Notes: a model not told the origin generated them from the sequence alone. A stretch of DNA of 64,000 bases from Octopus sinensis (GCF_006345805.1 NC_043000.1:59210001-59274000); one strand, 5' to 3'. Counted from the stretch's first letter, positions 13,131-26,923 are shown. Translations and numbers: made by a program.

Positions 13131-13548
13131 GAGACGCAGTGAATTGGTCTTTATGTCTAACTGCAACGCCATGAAAAGAATTCTTTCATACACACTTCCC
13201 ATTCTTTCTCTCTCGCAAAGATATGTTTAGAGACAACAAAGAGCATTCTTTTCAGACCATACATTTTAATATCTTCCCTTTCTTTGAGTTTAAATATACT
13301 AGGATATAAATGTGTAGCGAATTGTTTCCTAGATTCTTAGCCAAGATTCGAAACTTAGCATAGATTTTTTACCGAGTTCCTTTCTATTGTTCTCGGCATT
13401 TGCTTTAAGAAACTTATTAGAGTCACCGGTTAACTTGCAATCATTTCAAGTCATATATGGAACGGAAAATCTTTTGTTTAGCCTGATCCAATTTAGTTAT
13501 AAAAAAAAAAAATAGAGAACCCAATTTCGGTTCTACCCCTTTCACTTG

Positions 13549-13714
13549 GCCCCTGGTCAAAAGGACCACTCAACAAGGCCTCAAGGTACCAACAACTCGG
13601 GCAGTCTCCTGGGACACCATGTGTTAGGGGCCCTGATAAAGACATGGAAATTTCCACGACTGTCAGCTTGTACACGCCGAAATTCAGCTTGCCCGCAACT
13701 CTAGGGCCAGCCCT
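13549..13714. mobile_element. hAT-like MITE (same family as 20917-21081)
   Basis: Shared ggaaatttccacga..gtcagcttgtacacgccgaa core; ends gccagccctg. Confidence 0.75.
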
Positions 13715-14545
13715 GTTTGTCACCGCGGGACTATACAACTTTCACCTTCTTGTCTAAATTCTTTTATTCTTTCTCTCTCTTTCTTCCATCCATCTTCTAG
13801 TAGTCATTCATTGATGAGCTTGATGAACTTAACTACCTACAAAATGGGTAACAGAATTGCAAATAGTCATTGTTCAACAACTCGAAGAATTTGTATCGAT
13901 AACAATAAAGGTCAAAACTCCTAAATATTCTTCTTACTCTCATATATTTTACGCTTGGTGACTTCCGACTTTAGAATTACATCCTTCTCAACATACCAAC
14001 TATTGCATTACCGTGAAGATCAACTCAGTCTTCTACAATGATTGGAGATGAGAATTAAGGGTTCTGCGACAAAGGTGCATTTTAATAAACTCTATTAAAA
14101 ATTCATTTGATAAAAAAGAAAAACTATATTTCCAGTTTTTAATTATATATTCTTTTAATATGAATAAATTCTTCCTCTAGAACAACTTTTGTTTAATTTA
14201 ATTTCTTATTTGAATTAGGTATGGGCTCCGCGACTTTAGGAAAATCGTATGAATGTTCCCCGACAGATTTAGCTTGAGCGGCATTGCCGTAGAGCGTAAT
14301 TCGGGAGATTTGGTTGCTATTTCTTGCAGGCTCAATGACGACGTAGAAGCACCTTGTTAACTCCATGGTGTTCATTTTTTTCCTTACTAGAAACAAATCA
14401 CGATATTTTTGGAAGACGAGTGGAAATATGATGAGATATTTATATATTTCTCTGGATTATTGAAGTCATTTACGAAAGGATATACTATGAAGCAGGAATC
14501 TAGACCGGTCATCAATACTTGAGTAGTCTACCTTATTGCGTTACC

Positions 14546-15544
14546 AGGACCGGCTCAAGGTACCGGCAACTCAAGCAGTCATCCGGGGAGCGAAATTTTT
14601 TCCCCACGAGAGTTCCGGACCCCAGTAATGAACTCATTTGCATACAGCCAATCAGAGCTCGCCTTCACCTTGTTGTCAAGTTAACAAACACAATCTATAT
14701 TCAAGACGAAGAACGGTGTTGAAAGTCGATCGACCGCCAGGTTATGCCTGATTTTAGAAGGAGACAAGTAATTAGATAGATTTGCATTTATACCTATTAT
14801 CGGATTTTGTTAGGACCCCATATGGTAAAGATGTGGATAGGAAAAATGTGGGTAGCTGGTGATGTGCTAGCAACCTTCTCCCCTTACTGTTTTACAAAGT
14901 AAACAACAATGCAAATAGCTATGCAGAGGCAGCCATGATTGAAAGAAGAACAAGAACAACAAGCATCATTAAAAGAGAAAAGAAGTATTGTCATTCCTTA
15001 ACCAAGTGACCTTATCTCATCGCCTGACTGGGTGAAAATGATCAAACTTTAAACCTCTATAATTTTTTAAAAACATTTTTCTGGTAAAAATGAAATAATT
15101 CCAGCAATTGAGTTTGGGCAAGTGTATTATTGTGACAACGTCGGAGTAACCAGTGAACATCAAAAGATCAACAATAAGAAGGAAGAAATATTATTTACAT
15201 AAATTTATTCGTTTGCTTGACAGGTAGTTAGAGACAGTAGTACTTGTAGCGATTGCGAAATTTTTTTTCGATAGTGACAAAAAGTTTGCTGTTTGCCATT
15301 AGAGCGGAAAAGAATAAGGAATGCACGGTGCTGACTAGAAAGGAAGAAAGGATAAAGGTAGCTCTGCCATGATTGGCTGTATGCAAATGAGTTCATTCCT
15401 GGGGCTCGGAACTCTCGTGGGGAAAAAAATTTTGCATCCGGGACGCCATATGCTAGGGGGCGCCAAGGAGGGCGTAACAAAGACAAGGAAATTTCCACAA
15501 CCATCAGCTTGCCCGGGGCGCCAGCAACCCGATGGCCGGCCCTG
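14546..15544. mobile_element. ~1-kb non-autonomous hAT-like element
   Basis: caggaccggc...gccggccctg TIRs; inverted subterminal arms 14595-14658 and 15361-15430; degenerate 8-bp TSD (tgcgttac/aacgttcc). Confidence 0.7.
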
Positions 15545-16410
15545 AACGTTCCTCACTGCTATTCGTAATATTAGGAAGGCGTACTTGCAGAAGCAGTAAT
15601 CTATTGGACTAACGCAATAATTATTGTGTTTCTTAGAGTTCAAATCATTACAAGACCTTTTTAATTTTCCTTTTTAATCACCCAGGGTCGATAAAATAGG
15701 TGCTAAACATTCAGTCGGAGTATTCTAGAGATGACGGTGTCGGGCTGGCTGTAAGGATACTTGTCAGTCGGTATTAAGTTTAGCCGCGTGTTGTCCCATA
15801 ATAAATCAATTACGAACATTGCTGAAATAACATTTCAGACTATCAAAGTAAATTACAATACATCTCTTATTATAAACGGCAGATTTTATCTGCCTCCCTT
15901 TGTAACTTATAGAAATCTACAATATAGGATTTCTTCAATTACAATTTACCTAGCATTTTTAAGAGTAGAATGCATCGGGTCATGCCAGGTCCAGTTTTTA
16001 AAATTTAAACTCCAATTAAGCAAAATTTACAGAAAACTCACATTCTGGTGTGTATGTCAAATGCTTTTCTTAATGTGGTTTACACCACACGCACACGCAC
16101 ACACACAGTGTGCAACGAATAAAATGAAAGTAAATAGCGACAGAGTGATTTGAGGAAGACTAAACTGAAAGTATTTAAACCACTACTCAAAAAATAAAAA
16201 AAACACAGCAAACAGAAACAAATAAATACATAACGATTTACTCCTCACACAATTTCTTCAATTAGAGTTTACCTAAGATTTTTCAAAGTACTCCATTCGG
16301 TCATGCCATAATATATTTCTTTCAATTTCACCCCCAATTAAGACAAAATTCGAGAAAACTCAATATTTTAACATTTCACTCCGAAAGCATTGATGTACAT
16401 GTGTGCGTGC

Positions 16411-16451
<41 letters not shown>

Positions 16452-16699
16452 ATGGGTTGTGCGACACAGAAAGTGTGGTGTGTAAGTGAAGTGCTTTTGT
16501 TAGTGTGTGTAAAGAGACAGACAGAGTGAAAGACAGAAATAACTGAACTTTTTTTATTCACTTTTTGTAGTGAGTGACTGAGAGAGAAAAGAGAGAGAGA
16601 CGTTATGTATGTATATATGTATGCATGGCTTCAGTGACACACACACACAAAAACACATACCTACGTACACCTAAAGCACGCACACACACACACACAAGC

Positions 16700-17539
16700 G
16701 GAGCGCGAACTTCAAAATTTTGGTAGTATTAATTTGCGAGCGTACTTCTAAGCGCGCGTAATTGAAAGTTTTCACTATGATATCATCACGTGCGAAAAAA
16801 TTCGAAGGGTTTTGAACAATTGAGATACACATGTCACGCCTGTATTGAAACCATTGCTAAGCTGCCGTAATTGCTTAATTAAGACTTTGTTTAAATTGAA
16901 AGGGGCAAATATGTGACGAGGTTGAAAAAAAATACCCCAGAAAAAAAATGTACTGCTGGTATTTATATAATTCACTACTATTTTGCTACAATGTCATGAA
17001 AAAGAAAAAAAATTAGGTATGTAAATCGAATTCGCCACCCCCTTTTCCCCGTTCGCGTTTGTGTAAAAAAAATTATTATTTAAGTTTTAAAAATTATTTA
17101 CTTTGTTCAAAAAATATTAATATTAATTAATTTTCAAGAATTATTTAATTTTATTCTGTAAAATAGTAATTAATTCATTTATCTGTAAATCCGCGAGGTT
17201 GTTACTCAGGCACCTAGAATGGTAACCTTCAACTAACACTATCTCCTCCGAGACCCTGCGGCGCAAGTTGACCAAAATTGAGAGTATGGTAGAAGAAGGG
17301 TTGCTCTTCCTTCCGTAGAACATAAAATTCAAATCGGACCATGTTAACACCAAAAATTTTTTACATCAAAAAGATGCTTTTTTCTATGAAAATCCCTATT
17401 TTTTACGATTTTTTCACTGCTGTGTCGCCACTTTTCGGTGTATTTCGACCAGAAAAATGTTCACAAAATTTTTACTTTTCAAAATTACAATTCCAGCGGG
17501 TCGAAACAAACCCGAGCATCGCCGGGCGATACTGCTAGT
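16700..17539 (+). mobile_element. Non-autonomous Helitron-like element (3' end clear, 5' end approximate)
   Basis: Terminal hairpin cccgagcatcgccggg followed by ctgCTAGt. Confidence 0.6.
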
Positions 17540-17836
17540 ATATTAATATTTATACACCACTGTTTACCAGTTGCATCGCGTAGTGTACAAGAACCGAACT
17601 AGTTGCAATTAAATTACTAACAATAGAGATCAGCTTCGTGTAAGAGGCGAGCATAATGCTTATCTGTCCTAGTTCGAGAATTCCTTTTAAATCGGGGATT
17701 AACTTCAGCTAAAGAAAACTTATCGAAGTAAGAAGTTGTTGCTTGTGCTTTTGAAATGTGCCGCTCTCTGATCTGTTTATGCATGTTAAGCTTATATAAC
17801 AATAAAAACGCGGGAACGTCCTCGAATATTCTATAA

Positions 17837-18201
17837 CTAGCACTATGACCTGGCAACGCCGGGTCATAGTGCTAGTGCATGCATATACAGCTGCATGCGT
17901 GCGCACATACACGCGAGTACTGTCCAAATCTCCGACCAATCACATACAGCTAGCTGGCATTCAATTGGCGTATCAAGTTTCGGGCATTTTGATTGGGTTT
18001 TGGATAGAAAATTCACAAAAAAGTCACTTCTATTGATTTTTTTAATGGCCTTGCGGGGTGACTGGGGGAATGTAAAGATGTGCACGACCACCTTTGGACA
18101 GTTTTGAATGACCATAGAAAGTGCGAGCCCTCTAATGGAAAAAACTGTGGATTTGTATAAAGGACACGCACACAGACATTTTGCCGTTTATATATATAGA
18201 G
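17837..18201 (-). mobile_element. Non-autonomous Helitron nested in the Gypsy 3' LTR
   Basis: Hairpin ctagcactatgacc-tggcaacgcc-gggtcatagtgctag with CTAG end; TC(TA)n start; it splits the LTR homology. Confidence 0.65.
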
Positions 18202-20916
18202 ATATAGGGTGATATTTCTATAATCTGATTAACCAGTTATCAGGGTACTTCGTCCGACTAAAGTGTGACTGGGCCCAGCCATCAAAGCTGAGAGATTCAA
18301 TTATAGGCCTCACTACATGAGTCTCCCACCAGTGAGCTTGGGATAACGTGAACGAAAATAACTCAACTGTAGCAAAAAACTAGTTACAATATAACTACAT
18401 GGCAAAGAATACAAGAGAAATAAATGAAATTGAAAATGCAAACAACCGAAGTGAAAGAAATACAATATTGTTCATATCCAAAGTCTATGTGTACCAAAAT
18501 ATGTTGAAAACAAAACACATGTAATAAGAGAGAATAAATGGGGGAAAGTATTAAAAGCAATTTTCATTGATACACAAATTTTTTTTTTATAGTAAAAATT
18601 AATTGTAATAGATTAATGTAATTTCAGTTGAACAATGTAGCTTTCTACCACTTCTGGTCACTCTGTATTAGGTATGAAAGTATTATGAGAGGTATTGTTT
18701 TCATATTCTGGTTGTGTAAATGTTGAGGGTGTTAAAGAAGACTGATTTTGAGAAGCTACTGATTCAACAAAAACTTTCTTAAACCTGTTTATATTGTTTC
18801 TTGTTTTTCTTGCATGTCGAGGATCATAAATTTATGTTCTGCTTTTAAAATCTGATATGGACCAGAATAAGTTGTGCACAAAAGATGTGAACGGTATCGT
18901 TACGTACGAAAGCGAGAGATTAAGTATATATATTTGACAGAACAAAGTTTTAATCAACTGCGGTCTTGTAACCATCGGAGGTAACTCCGCCATGTAGTTT
19001 CGCAATCGTTGAACATAACTAGTAGAATCATGCAGCCGGATAGTTATTGCAACTACCATATGACCAGGTAGTGTGATTTCAGGGCCCTACAATAACTCTA
19101 TTGGAGAATAACCCAGGTCTTCTTTAGCTGTACGCAACAGGCAGGAATTCTAACCGTCTATCCGAATAGATATATGCACGTAAAGTTGCCTCAAGCTGGC
19201 AATGAAAACGTTCAATATTTCCATAAGAAGCAGGATGATAGACTGTCGCATAAATTATTTCCGTTACTTACAGATTAGTTAATTCAGTGATGGGCCTAGA
19301 TTCAAATTGTCTACCTCTGTCGGTTGTAATCGTAGAAGCAGAGCCAAAACGTGAAATCCATTCAGCCGTTAAGGGTTTTTGCAACAGTCAGAGATGAAAT
19401 ACCTTTAATAAGTATAGCTTCAGACCATCTTGAAAAACGGCCGTTGCAAGTTAACAAATACATCTTGTCCTGTACCGGAGTGTAAAGTACCAACAATATA
19501 TATATGTGAATAGGCTTAAAACGTGTGTCAGGAGTAGGAAATGTCCCTTGAGGTGTCTTAATATGGTGGTGAACTGTAGCTTTTTTGACAAGATATAGTG
19601 TCGTATAGTTACGAATACTCTTCTGCATGTTTGGCCATACAAAACGGATCGAAATTAATTTCCCTGCCTCTGAAATACCAAGGTCAGATAAATTTCGAAG
19701 TACTGAAAACGCTGTTCGCCTATACTTTTCTGATACAGCCTAGAAGATCCAATTGAAACATCGCACCAAATTTGTGTATCATTAGAATGTAGTGGTAATA
19801 CACAAAAGTTTAAAGAAGATGATCCTGAATTTCTGAGTTGCAATAATTCTTCCTTGATTGTTTGTTGATCTGTTGCAATTTCTTCTAAATTAATGGTATC
19901 ACCAGAGTGCAAAATGCCGATATGAACACGAGATAATGTATCTGCTGCAAAATTTTTAGAACCATTGGTATAACGTGTATCCATAATGAATTATGAAATA
20001 TAATCAATGTATCTAAGTCCTGTGGGGAATATTTATCCGTTTTGGATTGTAACGCATAAGGTAATGGTTTACGATCAGTATAAATAATGAAGGTTCTTCG
20101 TTCCAGGAAATGATGAAAACATTGCGTGAAGAAAGAAAGAGGTTGCCAAGAATTCTAGACAAACTGCTGCAGCACCCCAGCGATTTCTACGTTCGATGCA
20201 TTTATCACAAGGGATAAAGATGTGTCTGGTATCGAGTGGGTAATTAAGGTAACTTTAGTTAATTTCTCTTTTATGTAATTAAAAGGCAGTAATTCTGTCA
20301 GAGTTAAGGAGATAGTCTCATTTTCCGTTTACGATTACGTAGTAATTTCGTTAATGGAAATATGGTCTCCGTACAGAGCGAAATGAACAGCCTATAGAAG
20401 TTTAGAAGGCTGAGAAACTATCGCAGCTTCCTGAACGATGTAGGCACATGAGTTTTCACAATCGCACTTAGTTTTTCGTTCAGCGGTCGGAATTCATCAT
20501 TATTGATGATATATCCTAAAAATGTTATGGATGAGACAACAAAATAGCATTGCTGGGGTTAATCACCTCACCAAAATGTGATAACCTACTAAAAAGATGT
20601 TCCAAATGTTGTTCATGCTACTCTTCCGTAGCAAAGTCTAAACCACGAGTAACTTGTCGCAAAATCTTTGAAATGAATTCGCAACGTCCCTAAGACCAAA
20701 AAGCACATTAAGAAATTGGAAGAGCCCCAAAGGGGTAGTTATAGCAGTTTCAGAAACATCACCAGGTTCTATGGGAATCTGATTTTAGCATGAACTAAGT
20801 CAATTTTTATTAAAAAACGGTACAGCCATGTAAAAAAGAAGAGAAATCATAGACGTGTAGATCGGATACTTATTCGGAATAGTTAAGACATTTAATTTTC
20901 TATAGTCTCCACAAGG

Positions 20917-21081
20917 CAGGGCCGGCCTTAGGGTTGCTGACGCCCCGGCAAGCTGAACTTCGGCGTGTACAAGCTGACTATCGTGGAAATTTCCTTGTCT
21001 TTGTCACGCCGTCCTTAGCGCTTCCTAGCGCATGGCACCCCTGGCGACTTCCCGAGTTGCCGGTACCTTGAGCCGGCCCTG
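20917..21081. mobile_element. hAT MITE inserted in Gypsy RT
   Basis: TIR cagggccggc/gccggccctg; perfect 8-bp TSD ccacaagg. Confidence 0.92.
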
Positions 21082-22440
21082 CCACAAGGAGGCCAACTCC
21101 GTAAGTTTTTTGAACTTGAACAATGAAGAAACCCAGCCACTACAAGAAGGTCGAATTATTCCAAATACAAACATGTGGCTGAAATTCATCCTTTGTAATT
21201 TTCAGTTTGTCTGCAGCTAGTAGTCTCAGTTGTACAGAAACAGGAGGACCTTTTGTGACAATGTGATGCATGACTGAGTTAGATAAAAGAGACTAAAAAC
21301 AAAAGAGAATTGGCATTGGTTGATTTCACGCTCATACCTTGTATCGACAAGTCAATCTCAGAGTCATTTAGTTTCTTGTTTTTCAAGTTAACAAGATGAG
21401 CATGATGATACAAAAACTCCAATGATGGAGTAAGGAAGATGTGCTATCTAAAAGTCCACAGATGTGCTATCTAAAAGTCCACATGAATTCCCTTCACAAA
21501 TTAAAATCTAATGCCATGGATTTTTCATCATATGTGGGCATCGGAGAATGAATAACTGTCTGTAGTATAACCACTGTCGGTTTCCGTGATTCACATAAAA
21601 CGTGACTGACCAAGTACTACACACTACACCAGTATGGAAACGATATTTTGAATAAAATACATATAAAATACGCAACTTACTGAAGACTGGGAATTATAGT
21701 GGCATTTAATCCCTGGCTTCGCTGTTTCTCGTAGTTGGTTGGTTGAATAAAGCTAACATGACTGAATACACTTATACGCTTGTGTATCAAACTCATGTTG
21801 TGGTACCTACATAATGCGGTAGCTCTTTTGCAGGGATAAAGCGAACGACTTCGAGAGATCCTGTGAATTAAGAATTTGATAGAGCAGAATAACGAGGCAA
21901 CTGTAGCCGTTCCAGTTTATCGGTAAGAACCCGAAAATTTTTTCCTTCACCTTGCTAATTCAGAAGAAATGGAAGATATAAAACCAGTCGAATAAGTTTC
22001 TGCATTGGTAGAATTCGAAAAAGAAATATCCAAAATCCGTCAGCTAATTTGGCTGAGCTATAGAACTTTGTTATCTTACTGGCCCTAAAACAGCTTGCAC
22101 ATTAGGGAGCAAACGAGACCGAAAGAGTTGTTTTAACATTGACTCTTCTAATAGATTATTTTCCAGTAACTCAACGTCTGTCTTAAGAGTCGTGAAAGTT
22201 TCTTACCCTCAAAAACTTCGCTTTGGAGAAGCTGATGGAAACATCTGTGTTTACACGTAGAAGTATATCGTAAAATGTCCATATAACAAGAAAAACGCGG
22301 GAACTTCGTGGAATATTCTATGTTATGGGGCGTTATTTCTATAATCTGATTGGTCAGTAATCAGGGCACGTGACCTAATTCAAATGTGGATTGGGCCCAA
22401 CTATCAGATATGTAAGGTTTCGACTGTAGGCCTCGCTACA

Positions 22441-24850
22441 ATGGCTTGTAACGGAAAATTTTCGGAACAACTACTTCACAGCTCGATTAATTTTCGCTTT
22501 TTTGTCTGTGACAAAAATATTCAAATTTCAACAAAAATATTGCTAAATAACATACACTTTGGAATCTTCCGGAACGTATTTATAATAAATACGCAAATTA
22601 TCAATTTGAATCACTGTTCATCATGCATATGAGGATTCTTATCGGTTGACAGATATCAGCACAGGTCACCGAACAGTTTGTTCGTTGACATTATGAAGAT
22701 CATCAGCTCTTGTTAGATTCATTTGTCCGATTGCTCTTGACTGATGAGACACAACATGTCGAAACATCGGTGCCCTAGAATTGTTTGCACTAATGAATCA
22801 AGTATGTTATGAACACATATTCGTCGTAATGGAGAAGCTGTTCTGTGACGAACACAAAAGCTATTAGCATATTCATGTTCGAATCTGTCAGAATGTATCA
22901 AGAATAAATATGGAAGTCATTGTGTAATTAAATGCATTTAGCCCTAAATGAAAAAAAGTATGTGGACTTCTAACTTTTTAAGGAATCACGATTTTTTCAA
23001 AGTATGAATAAAAGCCTCCTAACTGTGATCATCATGACGTGTTTTTAAAGGAATTTATCCGCCGGATAGTTCTGATTGAAAAAATATGATCACCTCCAAT
23101 ATTTTTAGTCTCAGATTAGCCTTGATTGACAACATTCGCAGAATAGATGCCAATAGAAAGCCTACAACTGTGGAAATAATTGAAAATTCTTTTTAGATTT
23201 TGCTTTTCGTCGAAAACATGAGGTTGATTGGAGGACTCCACGGTTGATTGGAGGGTTCCACGGTTGATTGGCGTGCAGTCCCAAAGAAATGTTTCCCTGT
23301 TCCTGTTCTTGATAGAAAAAAAGCCACGTCAGCATTATTAATAGAGAAAAGCATTCTACTAGGTATTATTAGAGTGATGTTAAACGGAAGGATTGCTCCG
23401 TCTAGATGGGATAGTCACGATTAGAATGCTTTTGATCTGATTTTATCTCAAATTGGGCTGAAAACCAATCAATAACATTTGTGTTAAAATTTCATCCAAT
23501 AAACTAAAAATATGTTTACATTTCAACAATTAAAACAGGAATGCTATATTATAGCTGGGTTGGGTGTTCGCTAGAAATTTCTTTTAAAGTATAAAAAGAA
23601 AATAGAGACTCAGTTCGTTTCTCAGTAATAGTGAATTACCGTCACTTCTAATTTTTCTTTGGAAACAAAAAGGTACGAAAGTCATAAACCCTCTTCTTGC
23701 AGAGATCATTATATTTCGTCAAATGAAAATAGTATTGCGCTTGAATGGCAAAGAAGGACAAAACTGTAGAGTGTCGGACTAAATTCATTACAGTATATAA
23801 TTCTATTGCTTTCTATCTACCTTTCATTCTTACGAACTCAGTAAAATACTTGTGATTTACTGGTTATTCTGGGGGTAAATTTATTGTTCTAATTCTCTCT
23901 CATATGAAACTTGGCAATGTACCAATATACGAAATTACCACTGCTTCTAGGGCAAGATAAACTGCTTCAGCCATTTCTATATTCCTGCTTGCAGTTTCAT
24001 CCTATCGAAGATGATAATATAAATATTTGTAACATACTGGTTTCAAATTTTGGCACTAAGCCAGCATTTTCGGGGGAGGGACTAAGTCGATTACATCGAT
24101 ACAAGTGCTTATTTTATCGACCTGAAAGGATCAAAGGCAAAGTCGACCTCGGCGGAACTTGAACTCAAAACATAAAGACGGGCGAAATGCCGCTAAGCAT
24201 TTTGCCCGGCGTATTAATGCCAACACTCCACCATAAGTATTTGTAATATATAATAATAAATTAAGGTGGCTAGCAGGCAGAATCCTTACTGCCCGGACAA
24301 AATGATTAGCAGCATTTTTTCCGAATTAACGTTCTGAGTCCAAATTCTGCTGAGTTCGACTTTGCCTTTCATTCTTTTGAGATCAATAGAATAAATACTA
24401 GCTGAACACTGGGATCGATGTAATCGACCTCCACCTCCTCTAAAATGCTGGCCTTCAGCCAAAATATAAACCAATACATTCAATCGATTTAATTGTGTAT
24501 CCAATTAAATATAAACAAATACAGCATTTGTTGATTTCTCTATACACACAATTATTATTTTTCATATAAATAGTCTATAAATGTTGCCCCTTTCTTGTTG
24601 CTTAGCATTATAAGCGTCTGCATATCGTACAGTGGGCTCTTGATTATCATATATTTATCTAAAAATATACAAAATATATAATAGAAATCAATAATAATAA
24701 TTCAGTTTTTGGGATTAATAGATATACCGGTATTATATTTCAGATAATACAAAAAAAAAACAAAAAAACCTAATGAGTATATCTGAAGGTAAACTCGTGG
24801 TATCTATTTGCACATCACGAAATTATACTCCTCTCGTGTCTATAGTCCTT
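22441..24850 (+). pseudogene. Decayed paramyxo-like L EVE, copy L2 part 2: capping (PRNTase) and methyltransferase regions
   Basis: IFGTTTSQ (22458, GxxT); YRLTDIST (22640, cf. HRLRDRST); HIHVRIC (22868, cf. HLHVETDCC); SVGLNS (23770, cf. RIGLNS); FTGYSGG (23856, cf. GEGSG/GDGSGG). Interrupted by SINEs. Confidence 0.6.
24040..24460. mobile_element. Two SINE family B copies in opposite orientation
   Basis: gaaaggatsaaaggcaaagtcgacctcggcggaa core and its reverse complement. Confidence 0.8.
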
Positions 24851-25157
24851 TAGGACATTTTTCATTTCTCCTTTGTGCTACACACTCTTATCTGTCTTGC
24901 TGGCCCACAACTTTTTTTGTTGTTGTATATGTATTATCAGGCTCCCGTGGCTTTTATGGGTCTTTCCACGAGAAACCTTTCGAAGCGCCCCCGCCCCTAT
25001 TAGGAGTTTAAATTGTTACTTATTTTTCGTTGTCATCCTGCTTTTGTACACGAACTTTTTCAAACGGACAAAACCCTTTGTAACTTTCGTCCTGTTTTGT
25101 CCCTTTATGTTTTAATTGATTTTTGTTAGCCCTTGTGGCCAATAAACGAACGAATTA

Positions 25158-25201
<44 letters not shown>

Positions 25202-25599
25202 GTTTTCGTCTGGCCCTAAGTCTTTCTTCTGTTTATTGTTTTGCCCCTCGCCCGTCCACTAACGGTCACGTCTCGAGCCTGTCTAGTTTTGTTATGTTTT
25301 GGTCCCATTCCTGTTAAGTTTCTTGCCGGTGCCTCCAGAGTAGAAGCAATATTTTCGATAATGATCGAAATAGCGTTTGACCTTCTGGCCGATAACCGAG
25401 GAGGAGTTGGTGACCTTTTGTGTTTTCTGTTCGCCTGTGTATTTAGTATATGTTCGTTTGTTTATTTACCACACGTCTTTTTTTTTAAAAAATTATATAT
25501 TTATCGGTATGTCAAATTTTCCGCCCGTTGTCTTTTATTTAATCCTGAAAATATATAATATACATATATACGTACACAAACACACACATATATATATTT

Positions 25600-26350
25600 G
25601 AATGTATCCTTACCTCGCTGTTGAAGAAACACAGCATAATAGCCACAAGTCCTCCCTGAAATAAAATTAAAAAAAAGTGTTTCCAATATTCTTTTATGGA
25701 TGTAATTTTTTTAATAATACGTATATCTTTAATCATTAAAATAATACCTTTCCGAGGATGAATGAACAACTTCTCGTAAAAGTCAAGTGATAAAATTTCT
25801 ATGTGACTTTCAATCACCTCATCCGAGTAATTCTTAGGAGAAATCCTTATTTCCCTCTTTTAGTGTGGTGAAACTGCTTAACAGAATTGAATAAAAAACA
25901 TTCGAGGTCTCCAGTTCACTACTTCAGCCTCTTTTAATTCTGTCTTAAATTCCTTCCCAATTACTCAATCAAGTATTCTGCACGTTCTCAAAGGATGTCA
26001 TAATTAAGGCACCTAAATATATATATTTGATATTTTATATATATATATCTGATATTTTATCGCTTCCTCGGAGTCATATACATCAAAATCAATGTAGGAT
26101 AGTTCTATTAGAGTAATCAGTGCTCTTCCTACACAGTTGTAACAACAGACAGCTACTGCTGCAACATGATCTACAGATCTACAAGGATGCGACACAAACT
26201 ATCACTTGGTTGAAAACGGTAATCGACTTAATTACTATCTTACCAACACAATAATTACCAACACAATAATTATTCACTCCAATGTAACCTGACTGATCGC
26301 ATTTTGCGCGAAACTAGCTGATAGATTCTGACATTCCATCGGTTACAACA
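25600..26350 (-). pseudogene. Decayed L EVE, copy L3 part 2: pre-motif A, motif A, motif B
   Basis: RALITL...DFDVYD (ORF 26013-26195, cf. RRLV...SFDPYD); ELKEAEVVNWRPRMFFIQ (25887-25940, cf. LKEKE...PRMF); ILSLDFYEK and FQGGLV (ORF 25539-25817, cf. LDFEKWN and QGGIEG). Confidence 0.65.
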
Positions 26351-26367
26351 ACAAGGGCTTCAGATCC

Positions 26368-26630
26368 GGTCAACGGAATAGTCTGCTCATGAAATTAACG
26401 TGCAAGTGGCTGAACAATTCACAGATATGTGTACCCTTAACGTAGTTCTCAGGGACATTCAGCGTGAAACTGAATGAGACAAAGCTGGTTCTTTGAAATA
26501 CAGGTACAACACATTTTACCAGCTGGAGCAACTTGAAATAAAGTGTCTTGCTCAAAGACACAACATGTCACCAGGAATCGAACTCACGACCTCACGATTG
26601 TTATCCGGGTACTCTAATCACTAAGTCATT
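26368..26630 (-). mobile_element. tRNA-derived SINE (family C)
   Basis: Minus-strand tgacttagtgattag A box and gagttcgattcc B box. Confidence 0.7.
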
Positions 26631-26923
26631 GCGAAACTAGTAATAGAATAAATAACTAAATGTTTGCTATAGATATAAATTCTGCTTTGAGTACTGAATA
26701 CTATTTCTTTTGTTTGTTAAAGTAACAATATCCATACACTCGCACACGTACGCACACATATAGGGAATGATATAGTCAATTGAGCTGATTCAAGCGGCGA
26801 GCAGGCACTATAGTTAGCAGGTTTGGTAAAAGGTTTAGCAGCATTTCTTCTGGTTTCACGTTCTGAGTTCATATTCCGCCGTGGTCGACTTTGCCGGTAG
26901 CCTTTCGGGGGCGATGAAATAAA

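Larger units (their letters stand above)
13300..15935 (+). pseudogene. Decayed paramyxo-like L EVE, copy L2 part 1: RdRp core, interrupted by hAT elements
   Basis: QFSYKKKK*RTQFRFY (13489-13536, cf. SYSLKEKEIKETGRLF); IDELDEL (cf. KDEHDL); ITV...FYNDWR*E (14007-14054, motif A, cf. NWRYE); SGIAVERNSGDLVAIS (GD at 14304, motif C position); IYFSGLL (14442, cf. IYYDGLL); after the hAT insert, AIRNI...FKSLQDL and RFYLPP (cf. ACSNI...LKVIQQI and RMALLP). Confidence 0.6.
17560..22440 (-). mobile_element. Decayed Gypsy LTR retrotransposon
   Basis: Diverged LTRs (17790-17835 plus 18203-18317, versus 22280-22440) starting TGTAG on the minus strand; PPT-like ggtgggaga next to the 3' LTR; RT (KTAITTPFG ~20730), NFAADTLSR (ORF 19655-19984) and integrase remnants (ORF 19362-19628, YLLTC..RFSRWSEA). 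Confidence 0.8.

Noticed and set aside
14030-14056. STMIGDEN as RdRp motif C
   Set aside because: Spacing is wrong; this position fits motif A in another frame, and the GD at 14304 fits motif C spacing.
15310-15360. KECTVLT as the L capping-domain CSV/CTV motif
   Set aside because: Lies inside the hAT insert; L reads contiguously without it.
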